51,069 nt of DNA from a virus. Lineage: Duplodnaviria; Heunggongvirae; Uroviricota; Caudoviricetes. The stretch is from the IMG/VR virus record IMGVR_UViG_3300042987_001724. One strand, given 5' to 3'. Positions 1-8,403 of this stretch are shown in pieces (position 1 is the first letter of the stretch; each line of letters opens with the position of its first letter). The notes under the pieces are model-generated. The model saw nothing but the letters and a program-made list of their open reading frames with translations. It had not been told where the DNA came from and made no database searches. Both the position numbers and the translations under genes were made by a program.

Positions 1-8
1 GGACGAGC

Positions 9-1259
9 ATGACGCTCGTCACACCAGCCCTTGGAACGCCTGTATCTGGCATTCTTACGAACTGCACTGGACTTCCGATTGGATCAGGCGTGAGCGGCCT
101 TGGCACTGGTATCGCTACTGCTCTTGGCGTAGCAGTTGGTTCTGCCGGTGCTCCCGTTATTAACGGCGGTGCTCTCGGTACTCCTTCCAGTGGGACTGTC
201 ACTAACCTGACCGGCACGGCAAGCATCAACATCAACGGGACAGTTGGTGCGACTACACCAAATACCGGGGTATTCACTGACTTGACAATCAATGGCAACA
301 TGACCATTGGTAATGCGTCTGGTGATACAATCACACAGAATTCGATGACTCGTACATTGCCGAACGGCGAGAACATTACCCGAACTGCTGCTGCTGCGAC
401 AGCGGAAACAATCCAGTCATGGAAGGTGAGCGATGATGCTTCAAGCTCACTGGCTTTAGTGAATGGGACATCAAACGCAAATGAGTTCGCGCCGAAGTTT
501 CAGGGTGTTCAGTCCGGAACCAACGTCGCGCTGAACTTTAATGCGCAGGGAACGACGGACAGCGGGACGAACCCGGTGCTGTTGTTCATGGCTCAGATTG
601 GTAACACCAACGTCGGGACTCGCCCGGCGATTTCATTCTGGAATCTGCTCACCTCGATCGCCGAATTCTCGGCGGCGTACAATTTCCAACTCAAAGGCGG
701 GTCAACATCCCCGGCATTAGCATCTGCCGTGGCCGACACTATTTCGATGGTCGGTGTTGATGCTGTTGCTGGCGACCGCCAGCTTTATGCTCGAACAGAG
801 GCTGGCCAAGCCAACCGACTGACTGGTCTTAGCTGTCGGGCATCGAGTGGGTTCACAAAAACGAGCGACACTACACTAGCTAACATCACGGGACTGACAA
901 GGAACGTACTTGCGGGGGAAATCTACTCGTTCCGGGCCGTGCTTTTTACGACGACAAACACATCGGGAGGCGTCAAATTCGCCATTGGCGGCACAGCGAC
1001 GGCGACGGCGATAACAGCTTATGCCTACGTTACCGACGCGGGAGTGCTGAAAGTGCCGGGAACATCCAAGGTGACGGTGCTGGGATCGACCTTGGGTGAT
1101 ATCACCGCAGTAGCAAATGCTACCGCCATCATTGAGGGGCAGATTGTGGTAAATGCGGGCGGGACTCTTACTGTTCAGTTCGCCCAGAACGCCAGTTTCG
1201 GGACCGGATCAACAGTCAACGCCGGTAGTTATTTTGAACTCATTTCAATTGGATCTTGA
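9..1259 (+). CDS. Tail fibre-like virion protein, probably 5'-truncated by the window edge
   Basis: Gly/Thr-rich TPALGTPxSG repeats typical of tail fibres; frame is open upstream of the ATG at 9. Confidence 0.65.
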   Translation: MTLVTPALGTPVSGILTNCTGLPIGSGVSGLGTGIATALGVAVGSAGAPVINGGALGTPSSGTVTNLTGTASININGTVGATTPNTGVFTDLTINGNMTIGNASGDTITQNSMTRTLPNGENITRTAAAATAETIQSWKVSDDASSSLALVNGTSNANEFAPKFQGVQSGTNVALNFNAQGTTDSGTNPVLLFMAQIGNTNVGTRPAISFWNLLTSIAEFSAAYNFQLKGGSTSPALASAVADTISMVGVDAVAGDRQLYARTEAGQANRLTGLSCRASSGFTKTSDTTLANITGLTRNVLAGEIYSFRAVLFTTTNTSGGVKFAIGGTATATAITAYAYVTDAGVLKVPGTSKVTVLGSTLGDITAVANATAIIEGQIVVNAGGTLTVQFAQNASFGTGSTVNAGSYFELISIGS

Positions 1260-1263
1260 AGAT

Positions 1264-1761
1264 ATGGAAACGCCAGAAGGCTTCGTGCCGCAGGAACAAC
1301 ACGATTCCGCAATGCTCGCCCTGCGAGCGGAATTGAGCGAGGCGATCAACGCCAAGCAAGAGGAAATCGATTTACTGAAGACGCAACTCGCGTCACTTGC
1401 CGAAGAGGCCAGCGGTTATCAACAGCAGATCACGCAACTCCAAAACAAGATCAAAGAGGAACAGGAGTCGTCGTCGGCTTTGCTGCAACAGGCCGAGCAA
1501 AAGCGTGTTTCCGATCTGTCGAATGCTAACGGCGAGTTTTCCGCACAGTTGAACGATATCGCCACGAAGGCACAGGAAACCGTCAACCAGTTGTCGAGAA
1601 TGAACAAGGCTCTCGACGAGCGATGGCAGGCCCAAAACAACTACGTCATCGCTCTGGAAAACCAGTCAGTAGGGGACGTTCGAGCCGCGCTGATCGCTTT
1701 CCGAGACGCAGAGACGCGAGTGCAGATCGAGTCGCTGACCGCAAAGCTCAACAATGGATAA
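1264..1761 (+). CDS. Coiled-coil hypothetical protein
   Basis: ATG at 1264 just after the fibre stop; Gln/Glu/Leu heptad-rich. Confidence 0.7.
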   Translation: METPEGFVPQEQHDSAMLALRAELSEAINAKQEEIDLLKTQLASLAEEASGYQQQITQLQNKIKEEQESSSALLQQAEQKRVSDLSNANGEFSAQLNDIATKAQETVNQLSRMNKALDERWQAQNNYVIALENQSVGDVRAALIAFRDAETRVQIESLTAKLNNG

Positions 1762-1861
1762 AATCGGCATTTTCGCAAAAAGTTCCCGAAAATACTGAAC
1801 CAAAACAATCCGGTTACGTTGACTGTATTGGAGTCAAACACACAACCGGAGGATTGATAAA

Positions 1862-3025
1862 ATGAAATCGCTGCTGTTTTTATTGTGCCTGTTTTCCGTG
1901 AACCCCAAGGACTTTGGGGCACTGGGCGATGGCGTTTCGGATGACACTGCCGCAATTCAGTCCGCTGCGGATGCGTGCAAATCGAAGCTCCAGTCGATTC
2001 AGCCAACTGGCGGAAGCTACATGGGAAGCTGCCCGGAACTCTTTTTCCCGGCTGGAAAATATAGGATCTCTCGGTCGATCCGGCTTTGTCCGTACCAGAC
2101 CGTGCGAGGCGAGGACTCGATTCTGATTCAGGCTGATCCGAATTCCGGGATTTTCGAGTTTAATGGTGGATATCAGAATCGCGTTATCGGCATGCAGTTC
2201 GTCGGCGGATCGTCTCAAATCGTGTTTGGAAACGCCAATGTAGACTCCAGCTTTCTGACGTTCAGGGATTGCGCGTTTCAGTCGTGGTCCGGGTACTCCG
2301 TTGTTGCCGATGGAACCGTCGATGACCGCCATTTATCCGCAACCCTATCGTTCCATCGTTGCCGGTGGGACGGTGCTCGCGCTGTTTATACCCACTGCGA
2401 TACCACTCAATTCAGCGACTGTGAGGCCCATTTCAGAGGGAAAAATATCCCGCAGGATGGTGCGTGGATCACAAATGCCGGATTCATGCGCCCGAATGGC
2501 ATCTACAGCTACGGCGGGACTCTCGGACTTTACAATGTCACGCTTGTTCCAGCGGCCCCAATCGTTCCAGCGGAAGACGGATCGGCACCAAAGCAGGTCA
2601 ACGCATATTGGATCGACAATGGCGGCTCCGTCGTTGCCGAACGGGTGAGGTTCAGTGGAGAAGGCGCTGGAGTCTCTCCGATCCTGCATCGTGCCCCCGT
2701 CAATACTCGCAGTCCGTATCGCGGGTCGAAAATTGCCATCCATGCCTGCCAAGTCTCCTGCGGTCAGGATGCTGACGTCAACGCAGCCGTTGTGACGCTG
2801 CGAGGCGGGTTTCCGCAATGCTTGAGGATCACGGCTTGCGATGGTCTTGTTTCGCTGTCGATACCGTGGATTCGAGTCTACCCCGGATACAACCTTTCGT
2901 CTGACGTTACGGCCATCGGGAAATCGGCATCGTCATTGAGTCAATACACGATTACAATTCAGGGAAATCAAGCGTTTACGGCTCAACAGATTCCAACACC
3001 GCTTCAGCAATTCGTGGGAAAATAA
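1862..3025 (+). CDS. Pectate-lyase-like beta-helix protein (depolymerase-like) with N-terminal hydrophobic signal
   Basis: VNPKDFGALGDGVSDDTAAIQSAAD and LFFPAGKYRI motifs of the Pectate_lyase_3-type N-terminus; GGAGG RBS. Confidence 0.8.
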   Translation: MKSLLFLLCLFSVNPKDFGALGDGVSDDTAAIQSAADACKSKLQSIQPTGGSYMGSCPELFFPAGKYRISRSIRLCPYQTVRGEDSILIQADPNSGIFEFNGGYQNRVIGMQFVGGSSQIVFGNANVDSSFLTFRDCAFQSWSGYSVVADGTVDDRHLSATLSFHRCRWDGARAVYTHCDTTQFSDCEAHFRGKNIPQDGAWITNAGFMRPNGIYSYGGTLGLYNVTLVPAAPIVPAEDGSAPKQVNAYWIDNGGSVVAERVRFSGEGAGVSPILHRAPVNTRSPYRGSKIAIHACQVSCGQDADVNAAVVTLRGGFPQCLRITACDGLVSLSIPWIRVYPGYNLSSDVTAIGKSASSLSQYTITIQGNQAFTAQQIPTPLQQFVGK

Positions 3026-3709
3026 GTGGCAGGTGAAGTCCAGCTTGTCGTTCCGAGCAAACCATCGACCGCGTATTTTGTGGTCCGAAACGCAGTTGGA
3101 CAGTATTGGTACACCACAACACCGGCATGGGAAGCCTACAACGCTGCGCACTGGACAGCCTACGCAGTCTCGATGACCCAAGATGGAAGTTCCCAGAACT
3201 ATGCCGGGACGTTTCCGGCGACGATCGCAGTCGGAGCCTACCAGCTTTCGGCCTACGCTCAGTCTGGAGGATCTCCAGCAGTCGGAGACGTGCTGATCGG
3301 AACAGATTGCAGGTTCGACTGGACCGGCTCCGCAATTCTGGCGATGCCAGCAAGTCCGGCATCAACCACAAACATCACGTCAGCAACTGGCGTTGATGTC
3401 ACCAAGATCAACGGCGACTCCACGGCGGCGGCAAACGCTGGCAAGTTCTGGACGGGTGCCGTTCTGGATTCCGGGACCGCGCAAGCCGGGGCATCGACAA
3501 CGATTACCCTGCGATCCGGGGCAAACGCCAACGACGACTACTACCTAAATGCTGTTGTCGTCATCACCTCCGGGACCGGCGCGGGGCAAAACCGCAGGAT
3601 TACGGGCTACGTCGGCTCGACCAAAGTCGCCACGATCAGCGGTGACCGAAATTGGGTGACGGCCCCCGACAATACCAGCGTCTACACCATACTCGGAAAC
3701 ATCCCATAG
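3026..3709 (+). CDS. Virion structural protein (tail-associated)
   Basis: GTG start abutting previous stop; GTAQAG..TITL..GA...DDYY..ITSGTGAGQ.R.IT.Y module seen in phage structural proteins. Confidence 0.6.
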   Translation: MAGEVQLVVPSKPSTAYFVVRNAVGQYWYTTTPAWEAYNAAHWTAYAVSMTQDGSSQNYAGTFPATIAVGAYQLSAYAQSGGSPAVGDVLIGTDCRFDWTGSAILAMPASPASTTNITSATGVDVTKINGDSTAAANAGKFWTGAVLDSGTAQAGASTTITLRSGANANDDYYLNAVVVITSGTGAGQNRRITGYVGSTKVATISGDRNWVTAPDNTSVYTILGNIP

Positions 3710-3720
3710 CGACATTTATG

Positions 3721-3739
3721 GAAGTTGCGTAATATCTTC
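3721..3739. promoter_or_regulatory. 19-bp palindromic operator (weaker copy) GAAGTTGCGTAATATCTTC
   Basis: 8-3-8 inverted repeat in a short intergenic gap; resembles GAAGTTTY-N3-RAAACTTC. Confidence 0.5.
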
Positions 3740-3755
3740 CTGAAGGAGAATCACG

Positions 3756-4199
3756 ATGGCGAGCAAAACAGCATCAAACGCAGCAAACACCGTCTTCCCT
3801 AAATGCACATCGGGGTCGGAGACGGCAACGTATTTTGGCGTCGGCACAGCATCGTCAGGAACCGGGAAGTTATTGTTCCGGAAGGCGTTGGCGTCGAGCG
3901 TGGCGATCTCGGCGAACATTCGGCCACAGTTTGATGCCGGGACACTGACGGTTACGACGAGTGGCGATATCGCCGATACATGGCAGAACGCAATTCTGTC
4001 GCTACTGTTCAGCAACACCGCAATTGCTGGAATCGGCGACTCGACGGGGCTTCCCGGATCGGCGACCGACGGAAGTTTGTATATCAGCCTCCACACCGCA
4101 GATCCCGGCGCGGGTGGAAGTCAGACCACAAACGAATGCGCCTACACCCCATACGCTCGCGTCGCAATCTCTCGGACTTCCGGCTGGACAATTGCATGA
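3756..4199 (+). CDS. Small virion structural protein, apparently circularly permuted
   Basis: Contains LYISLHTADPG..QTTNE..YTPYARVAISR and FPKCTSGSETATYFGVGTASSG.GKLL blocks, in swapped order relative to the family as I recall it. Confidence 0.7.
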   Translation: MASKTASNAANTVFPKCTSGSETATYFGVGTASSGTGKLLFRKALASSVAISANIRPQFDAGTLTVTTSGDIADTWQNAILSLLFSNTAIAGIGDSTGLPGSATDGSLYISLHTADPGAGGSQTTNECAYTPYARVAISRTSGWTIA

Positions 4200-4212
4200 T
4201 CTGGGGTGATCC

Positions 4213-6462
4213 GTGCTCCAGTTCTATCTTATCCGCGTTTCGACGCCGATCCCGATCTCGATTTCGGGGTCGGCGTCTCAATCTTGGTCTGACTCCGGCA
4301 CGCTGACTGGTGGCGGCGTTGTCTCTGCTGATGCATCGCAATCATGGTCAGGCTCTGGTGACGCAGTTGGTTCTGGTGTTGGTTCTGGCGATGCGTCCGA
4401 ATCGTGGTCAGCAACCGGAACAGTCGAATCCGGTGTTGTTATCGTTGGTTCCGCCAGTCAGTCGTGGACGGATTCCGGGGCAATCACCGGATTTGGTGTC
4501 GTCGCGTCATCAGCATCGGAATCATGGGGGGCGAATGAAGCACTCATTGGCGGGGCAGTCATCTCTGTCTCCGCGTCGCAGACTTGGACTGACGCGGGTG
4601 ACGCTACGGCTGGTGCCGTCATAACCGGCGATGCGTCAGAGTCGTGGGCTGGGTCAGGGTCGGTCGTTGCGTGTGGCCTCATTGTTGGTTCTGCAAATGA
4701 TGCGTGGTCAGCAAGCGGGGATCTTCAGTCAGGTGTGGTCCTGTCTGGTTCCATGCTCGAATCGTGGTCCGCGTCCGGAGATGCGACGGGCGCGGGGGTA
4801 GCTTCTGGGGCGGCGTCGCAGACTTGGTCCGGTTCCGGAACCCTGATTTCTGGTGTCGCCATGAGCGGCACGGCATCCGAATCATGGACAGGTTCAGGAA
4901 CTTTGTTCGCGACTGCGATCGTGTCCGGCGCTGCATCGGAATCGTGGTTGCCCTCTGGTGTTCTAGTGGCGGGGTTTCCAGTTTCCGGAGATGCCTCACA
5001 GTCATGGACGGCAGCAGGATCAATTGTTGGCTCCGGTGTCGTTTCAGGCTCCGGATCTCAGTCCTTCACGGCAACCGGGGCGATTACTGGATACGGTCTG
5101 GTCTCAGGGTCCGCTAGTCAGGGATGGCAGGAGTCGGCCACGCTTGGGGCGACGGCTTTTGTGTCCGGCGCGGCGTCTCAGGCGTGGAGTGACTCTGGAT
5201 CGATCATGGCTGAAGCTCCGGTTTCCGGCGATATGTCTCAGGCGTGGGCAGCGTCAGGAGATTGTGTTGGAGTCGCTCCGGTATTGGGGGCGGCTTCTCA
5301 GTCCTATGATATCGGAGCAGCATCGGCGATCGGTGTCGGGATCGTATCCGGATCGGCGGATGAGTCGTGGACGGTCGATTCCACGTTCTATGCTTCTGCG
5401 GTCGTTTCTGGGGCGGCAAGTGAATCGTGGGATGCAGCGGGAACCCTGTTTGCCGTGGCTCCCATTTCCGGGGACGCTTCTCAGTCATGGTCCGGGACCG
5501 GCTCGCCATTCGGTGCCGCTGTCGTCGCGGGGTCAGCTTCGCAGGCATGGGACACCACGGGAGACATCTTCGCGTCGGCTTTTGTCTCCGGTTCAGCCGA
5601 AGAGACATGGACGGCATCTGGTGTTCCGACCGTTGTCGGCGTCGTGTCTGGATCTGCTGTTCAGACTTGGTCTGATTCTGGCAGCATCACAGGCTCCGCG
5701 TCAATTTCCGGTGACGCATCGGAATCGTGGTCGATCTCCGCCGTGTTCTACGGAACGGCAGTTGTTTCGGCATCATGCACGGAGACATGGGCGACAACCG
5801 GCGCGACAGTCGCAATCGGATTTGCATCTGGATCTGCCGAGGAACAGTGGCAGGCTTCCGGGCTGCTGATTCAGACCGTCGATGACGCCCCGGAACTGTC
5901 CAAGAATCCTTCGCAGGCCATTCTAAGGGCACTTGTTCGTGATGCGATCATTGACCATTTCGGACTGTCTGAGTGCCAATGCGGCATCAACTTCAACGGA
6001 CAGCCGCACCCGAACTCAGGCCCAGTCTATATCAGTGTGCATCCGGGAAAATGGCGACGAATCAGGAGATGGCGAAAAGGCCCGCTTTTGGATGAAGAAT
6101 TCGGCTTCCAAGTCACCATCACCGTCAAGAACTCCGCAGTCCAGCCGAAGTTTTACGGGGAATGGTTTATGCAAAAGACAGCGGCGCTGAATTCCTGCGG
6201 AGCCGGTCTTGAATCTCTGTCCCGTGCGATCGCGGTCTACTTGCACGACAACGGCTCCATTATTTGTGAACTCGCCAAAAGAGCATCCGGACTGTCGCAT
6301 TTCTCTGGTGGGATCTTCTGGGAGAACGGAAGCGTGCCGAAACAGAGAAGGGCGAAGTGGTGGCTCTGCCCGTATCAGACAGGAAACCCGTCTATTGGAT
6401 TGTCTCAGACGTTGGTGTTTGGGGGACTGCGGCGGAGCCAGCCGACTGCGGATCGGTCGTAA
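4213..6462 (+). CDS. Repeat-rich virion protein: 27 x ~20-aa SGxAS(Q/E)SW repeats plus a C-terminal globular domain
   Basis: Aromatic residue (mostly Trp) recurs about every 20 aa over ~530 aa; C-terminal ~190 aa are non-repetitive. Confidence 0.7.
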   Translation: MLQFYLIRVSTPIPISISGSASQSWSDSGTLTGGGVVSADASQSWSGSGDAVGSGVGSGDASESWSATGTVESGVVIVGSASQSWTDSGAITGFGVVASSASESWGANEALIGGAVISVSASQTWTDAGDATAGAVITGDASESWAGSGSVVACGLIVGSANDAWSASGDLQSGVVLSGSMLESWSASGDATGAGVASGAASQTWSGSGTLISGVAMSGTASESWTGSGTLFATAIVSGAASESWLPSGVLVAGFPVSGDASQSWTAAGSIVGSGVVSGSGSQSFTATGAITGYGLVSGSASQGWQESATLGATAFVSGAASQAWSDSGSIMAEAPVSGDMSQAWAASGDCVGVAPVLGAASQSYDIGAASAIGVGIVSGSADESWTVDSTFYASAVVSGAASESWDAAGTLFAVAPISGDASQSWSGTGSPFGAAVVAGSASQAWDTTGDIFASAFVSGSAEETWTASGVPTVVGVVSGSAVQTWSDSGSITGSASISGDASESWSISAVFYGTAVVSASCTETWATTGATVAIGFASGSAEEQWQASGLLIQTVDDAPELSKNPSQAILRALVRDAIIDHFGLSECQCGINFNGQPHPNSGPVYISVHPGKWRRIRRWRKGPLLDEEFGFQVTITVKNSAVQPKFYGEWFMQKTAALNSCGAGLESLSRAIAVYLHDNGSIICELAKRASGLSHFSGGIFWENGSVPKQRRAKWWLCPYQTGNPSIGLSQTLVFGGLRRSQPTADRS

Positions 6463-6466
6463 ACAG

Positions 6467-7153
6467 TCAATCCGAAGCTGGCTCAAACGCCCTCATGACT
6501 GATGGCTTTGAGTTTACATCGATATTCCGACGGAGCCACTGAACAATATGACGCCCAACACCCATGTTGGAGTTTGGGTCGCGATCCATTTCCATGTCTT
6601 TTATCACTTTCGAAGACCGAATCGTGACTTTCCCGAAGAAAAACGACAGCATTGCCACGGATGCGCCGAGTTCCCATAGCGACTGATGCGACCATCCGCG
6701 AGAAAATGAGTCTCTGTCGAAGGTATAAACACCATCGGACCTTCTGACTGCCATAGGGCAGTATCTCATTCGTGATCGCAGTTGTTTGATTGCCGACTTC
6801 AATTCCGCCTCTGTAGTGGTGTGACCTTCGTCGTCTTGCGGCAGATCTTTTTCGTTGCTCACGGCAGGTTTTTTACTCAACTCCAGATCTCTCGTCAGAT
6901 TCTGGATCAATTGATTCAAACGCCTATTTTCAGAGAGAGCGTCTTCCAGTTTCAGTTCCGCAGAGGCGGCGCGGCTTGTCGCGACTGCCTTGAGTTCAAC
7001 GGCCTCCAGTTCGCGTTCTTCCGAGGACGACAGTCGCGTGCGAATCACGTTCACTGCATCCTTCAGTTTGCGAAGTTTATCAAGGCCAACCGTGTCTCTC
7101 CCAAGATACGCAGCAAACTCTTCGAATTGTTTCTTCACCTGAGAAATGCTCAT
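6467..7153 (-). CDS. Hypothetical protein with coiled coil
   Basis: ATGA overlap with the upstream ParB-like gene; start MSISQVKK. Confidence 0.7.
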   Translation of the reverse strand: MSISQVKKQFEEFAAYLGRDTVGLDKLRKLKDAVNVIRTRLSSSEERELEAVELKAVATSRAASAELKLEDALSENRRLNQLIQNLTRDLELSKKPAVSNEKDLPQDDEGHTTTEAELKSAIKQLRSRMRYCPMAVRRSDGVYTFDRDSFSRGWSHQSLWELGASVAMLSFFFGKVTIRSSKVIKDMEMDRDPNSNMGVGRHIVQWLRRNIDVNSKPSVMRAFEPASD

Positions 7154-8157
7154 TTTTGACTCCACATATCCGCTGGGACGCGGGCTTCTTGCGGCTTCTT
7201 GTTTGGGGCGATTGATTTCAGTTGCTTGGTGATGTCGGAAATGATCCTGAAAAACTCATCGACGTTTGGCACTCGATCTCCTCGCGTGATGATGCTGTCT
7301 AGGACGGTTTGCGCTGTTTTTAGCGTCTTTAGCAGCACCACATCCTTGGGTAATTCCGTAGACTGCCGTCCGGTCACTCTTGATCGGATTTCCGGATCGT
7401 CGTGAACAAGTTTAAGCCTCGACACATACGTTGCGTGTGGGTTTGACGATTTCGGGAGCGGAGAGAAAAAGTCGGAAATATAAGGAGCGGCGTCTGTCGC
7501 TGATATTCTTGACTTCTTGATCGTTTGCAGAAAGCCAACGACCGGCTCCATCGCCTGCTCAATCACAGACGATCCGTGAATGTATGGCCGTAACTCCGCC
7601 AGCATTGCGTCGGGAAGCTCCGGGCCTCCAACCAGACTGATTCGAGACTGAAGCTCTACCGCCTCCGCGATTCGCTTTACATCCGCAACTTTCCACCCGC
7701 CAATCTGGGCTACTTCAGCGGGACTCATCTTGCGATCAACGACGAGAACTTCCACTGCCCTGCGTCGCGTCCACTCCGCAGGCTCTGCACGTCCCTGCAT
7801 TCTCGCATTGGCGAGAACCCTGATCATCGCCAACGCATCCTGAGAGTCGGTTTGAACGACATACGCGGAGACTCGCGTTATCTGGTTGAGTTCTGCGGCG
7901 GAAAGTCGCTGAACCCCATCAAGCACGCGAAGACCGACCTCGGATCGATACAAAATAGGGGCAGGCGCCGCAGATCCAGCATCCATCAGGGTTGCGTATT
8001 CGATAACAGCATCTTCACGCACAGCAATCGGGCGACCAATGTTCTCTGAGTTCCATCCCGGAGCAAACTCAGTCGGCAGCATCAGCCCGTTGACATACTC
8101 GTATTTGACGCCGATCGACGTCAGGAAATTTTCCGTTCTACTGTCCGTTGTAAACAT
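7150..8157 (-). CDS. ParB/Srx-like N-terminal domain protein with HTH
   Basis: PILY...LRVLDGVQRLSAA motif of the ParB/sulfiredoxin fold, followed by MSPAEVAQIGGW HTH-like segment. Confidence 0.7.
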   Translation of the reverse strand: MFTTDSRTENFLTSIGVKYEYVNGLMLPTEFAPGWNSENIGRPIAVREDAVIEYATLMDAGSAAPAPILYRSEVGLRVLDGVQRLSAAELNQITRVSAYVVQTDSQDALAMIRVLANARMQGRAEPAEWTRRRAVEVLVVDRKMSPAEVAQIGGWKVADVKRIAEAVELQSRISLVGGPELPDAMLAELRPYIHGSSVIEQAMEPVVGFLQTIKKSRISATDAAPYISDFFSPLPKSSNPHATYVSRLKLVHDDPEIRSRVTGRQSTELPKDVVLLKTLKTAQTVLDSIITRGDRVPNVDEFFRIISDITKQLKSIAPNKKPQEARVPADMWSQK

Positions 8158-8194
8158 TGCAGACCTCCGAAGTCGTAATCCGTCCGTTTTTCAT

Positions 8195-8277
8195 TTGCCT
8201 TGGCAGGATTCGAACCTGCGATGGTCGGACTATTGGTCCGCTGCGTTGCCGCTTCGTTGCCGCTTCGCCACAAGACA
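8195..8277 (-). tRNA. tRNA-like element / pseudo-tRNA with an 11-nt tandem duplication in the D-loop
   Basis: Acceptor stem TGTCTTG/CAAGGCA; T-arm GCAGG-TTCGAAT-CCTGC; D-loop GAAGCGGCAAC duplicated; non-canonical anticodon loop CCAATAG; no CCA. Confidence 0.7.
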
Positions 8278-8341
8278 AGCCAACCACTTGTCATTTCTCA
8301 ATCGCTTCCCTGAATACGGACGAATCATAGCATCGGATCAC

Positions 8342-8360
8342 GAATTTTCCAAGAAAATTC
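8342..8360. promoter_or_regulatory. 19-bp palindromic operator GAATTTTCCAAGAAAATTC next to a TTGACG -35-like hexamer (8366-8371)
   Basis: Perfect 8-3-8 inverted repeat in a divergent intergenic region. Confidence 0.7.
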
Positions 8361-8403
8361 CAGTATTGACGGAAATCGCAGAATCGACCCACAATGAACC
8401 CAA

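Noticed and set aside
1767-1785. Additional operator copies at 1767 (GCATTTTCGCAAAAAGTTC) and 46808
   Set aside because: Too degenerate to count without a position-weight-matrix scan
4310-5932. Long overlapping ORFs (for example 4991..5869) within the repeat gene
   Set aside because: Stop-poor alternative frames caused by GC-rich Ser/Gly/Ala codons; no protein-like features
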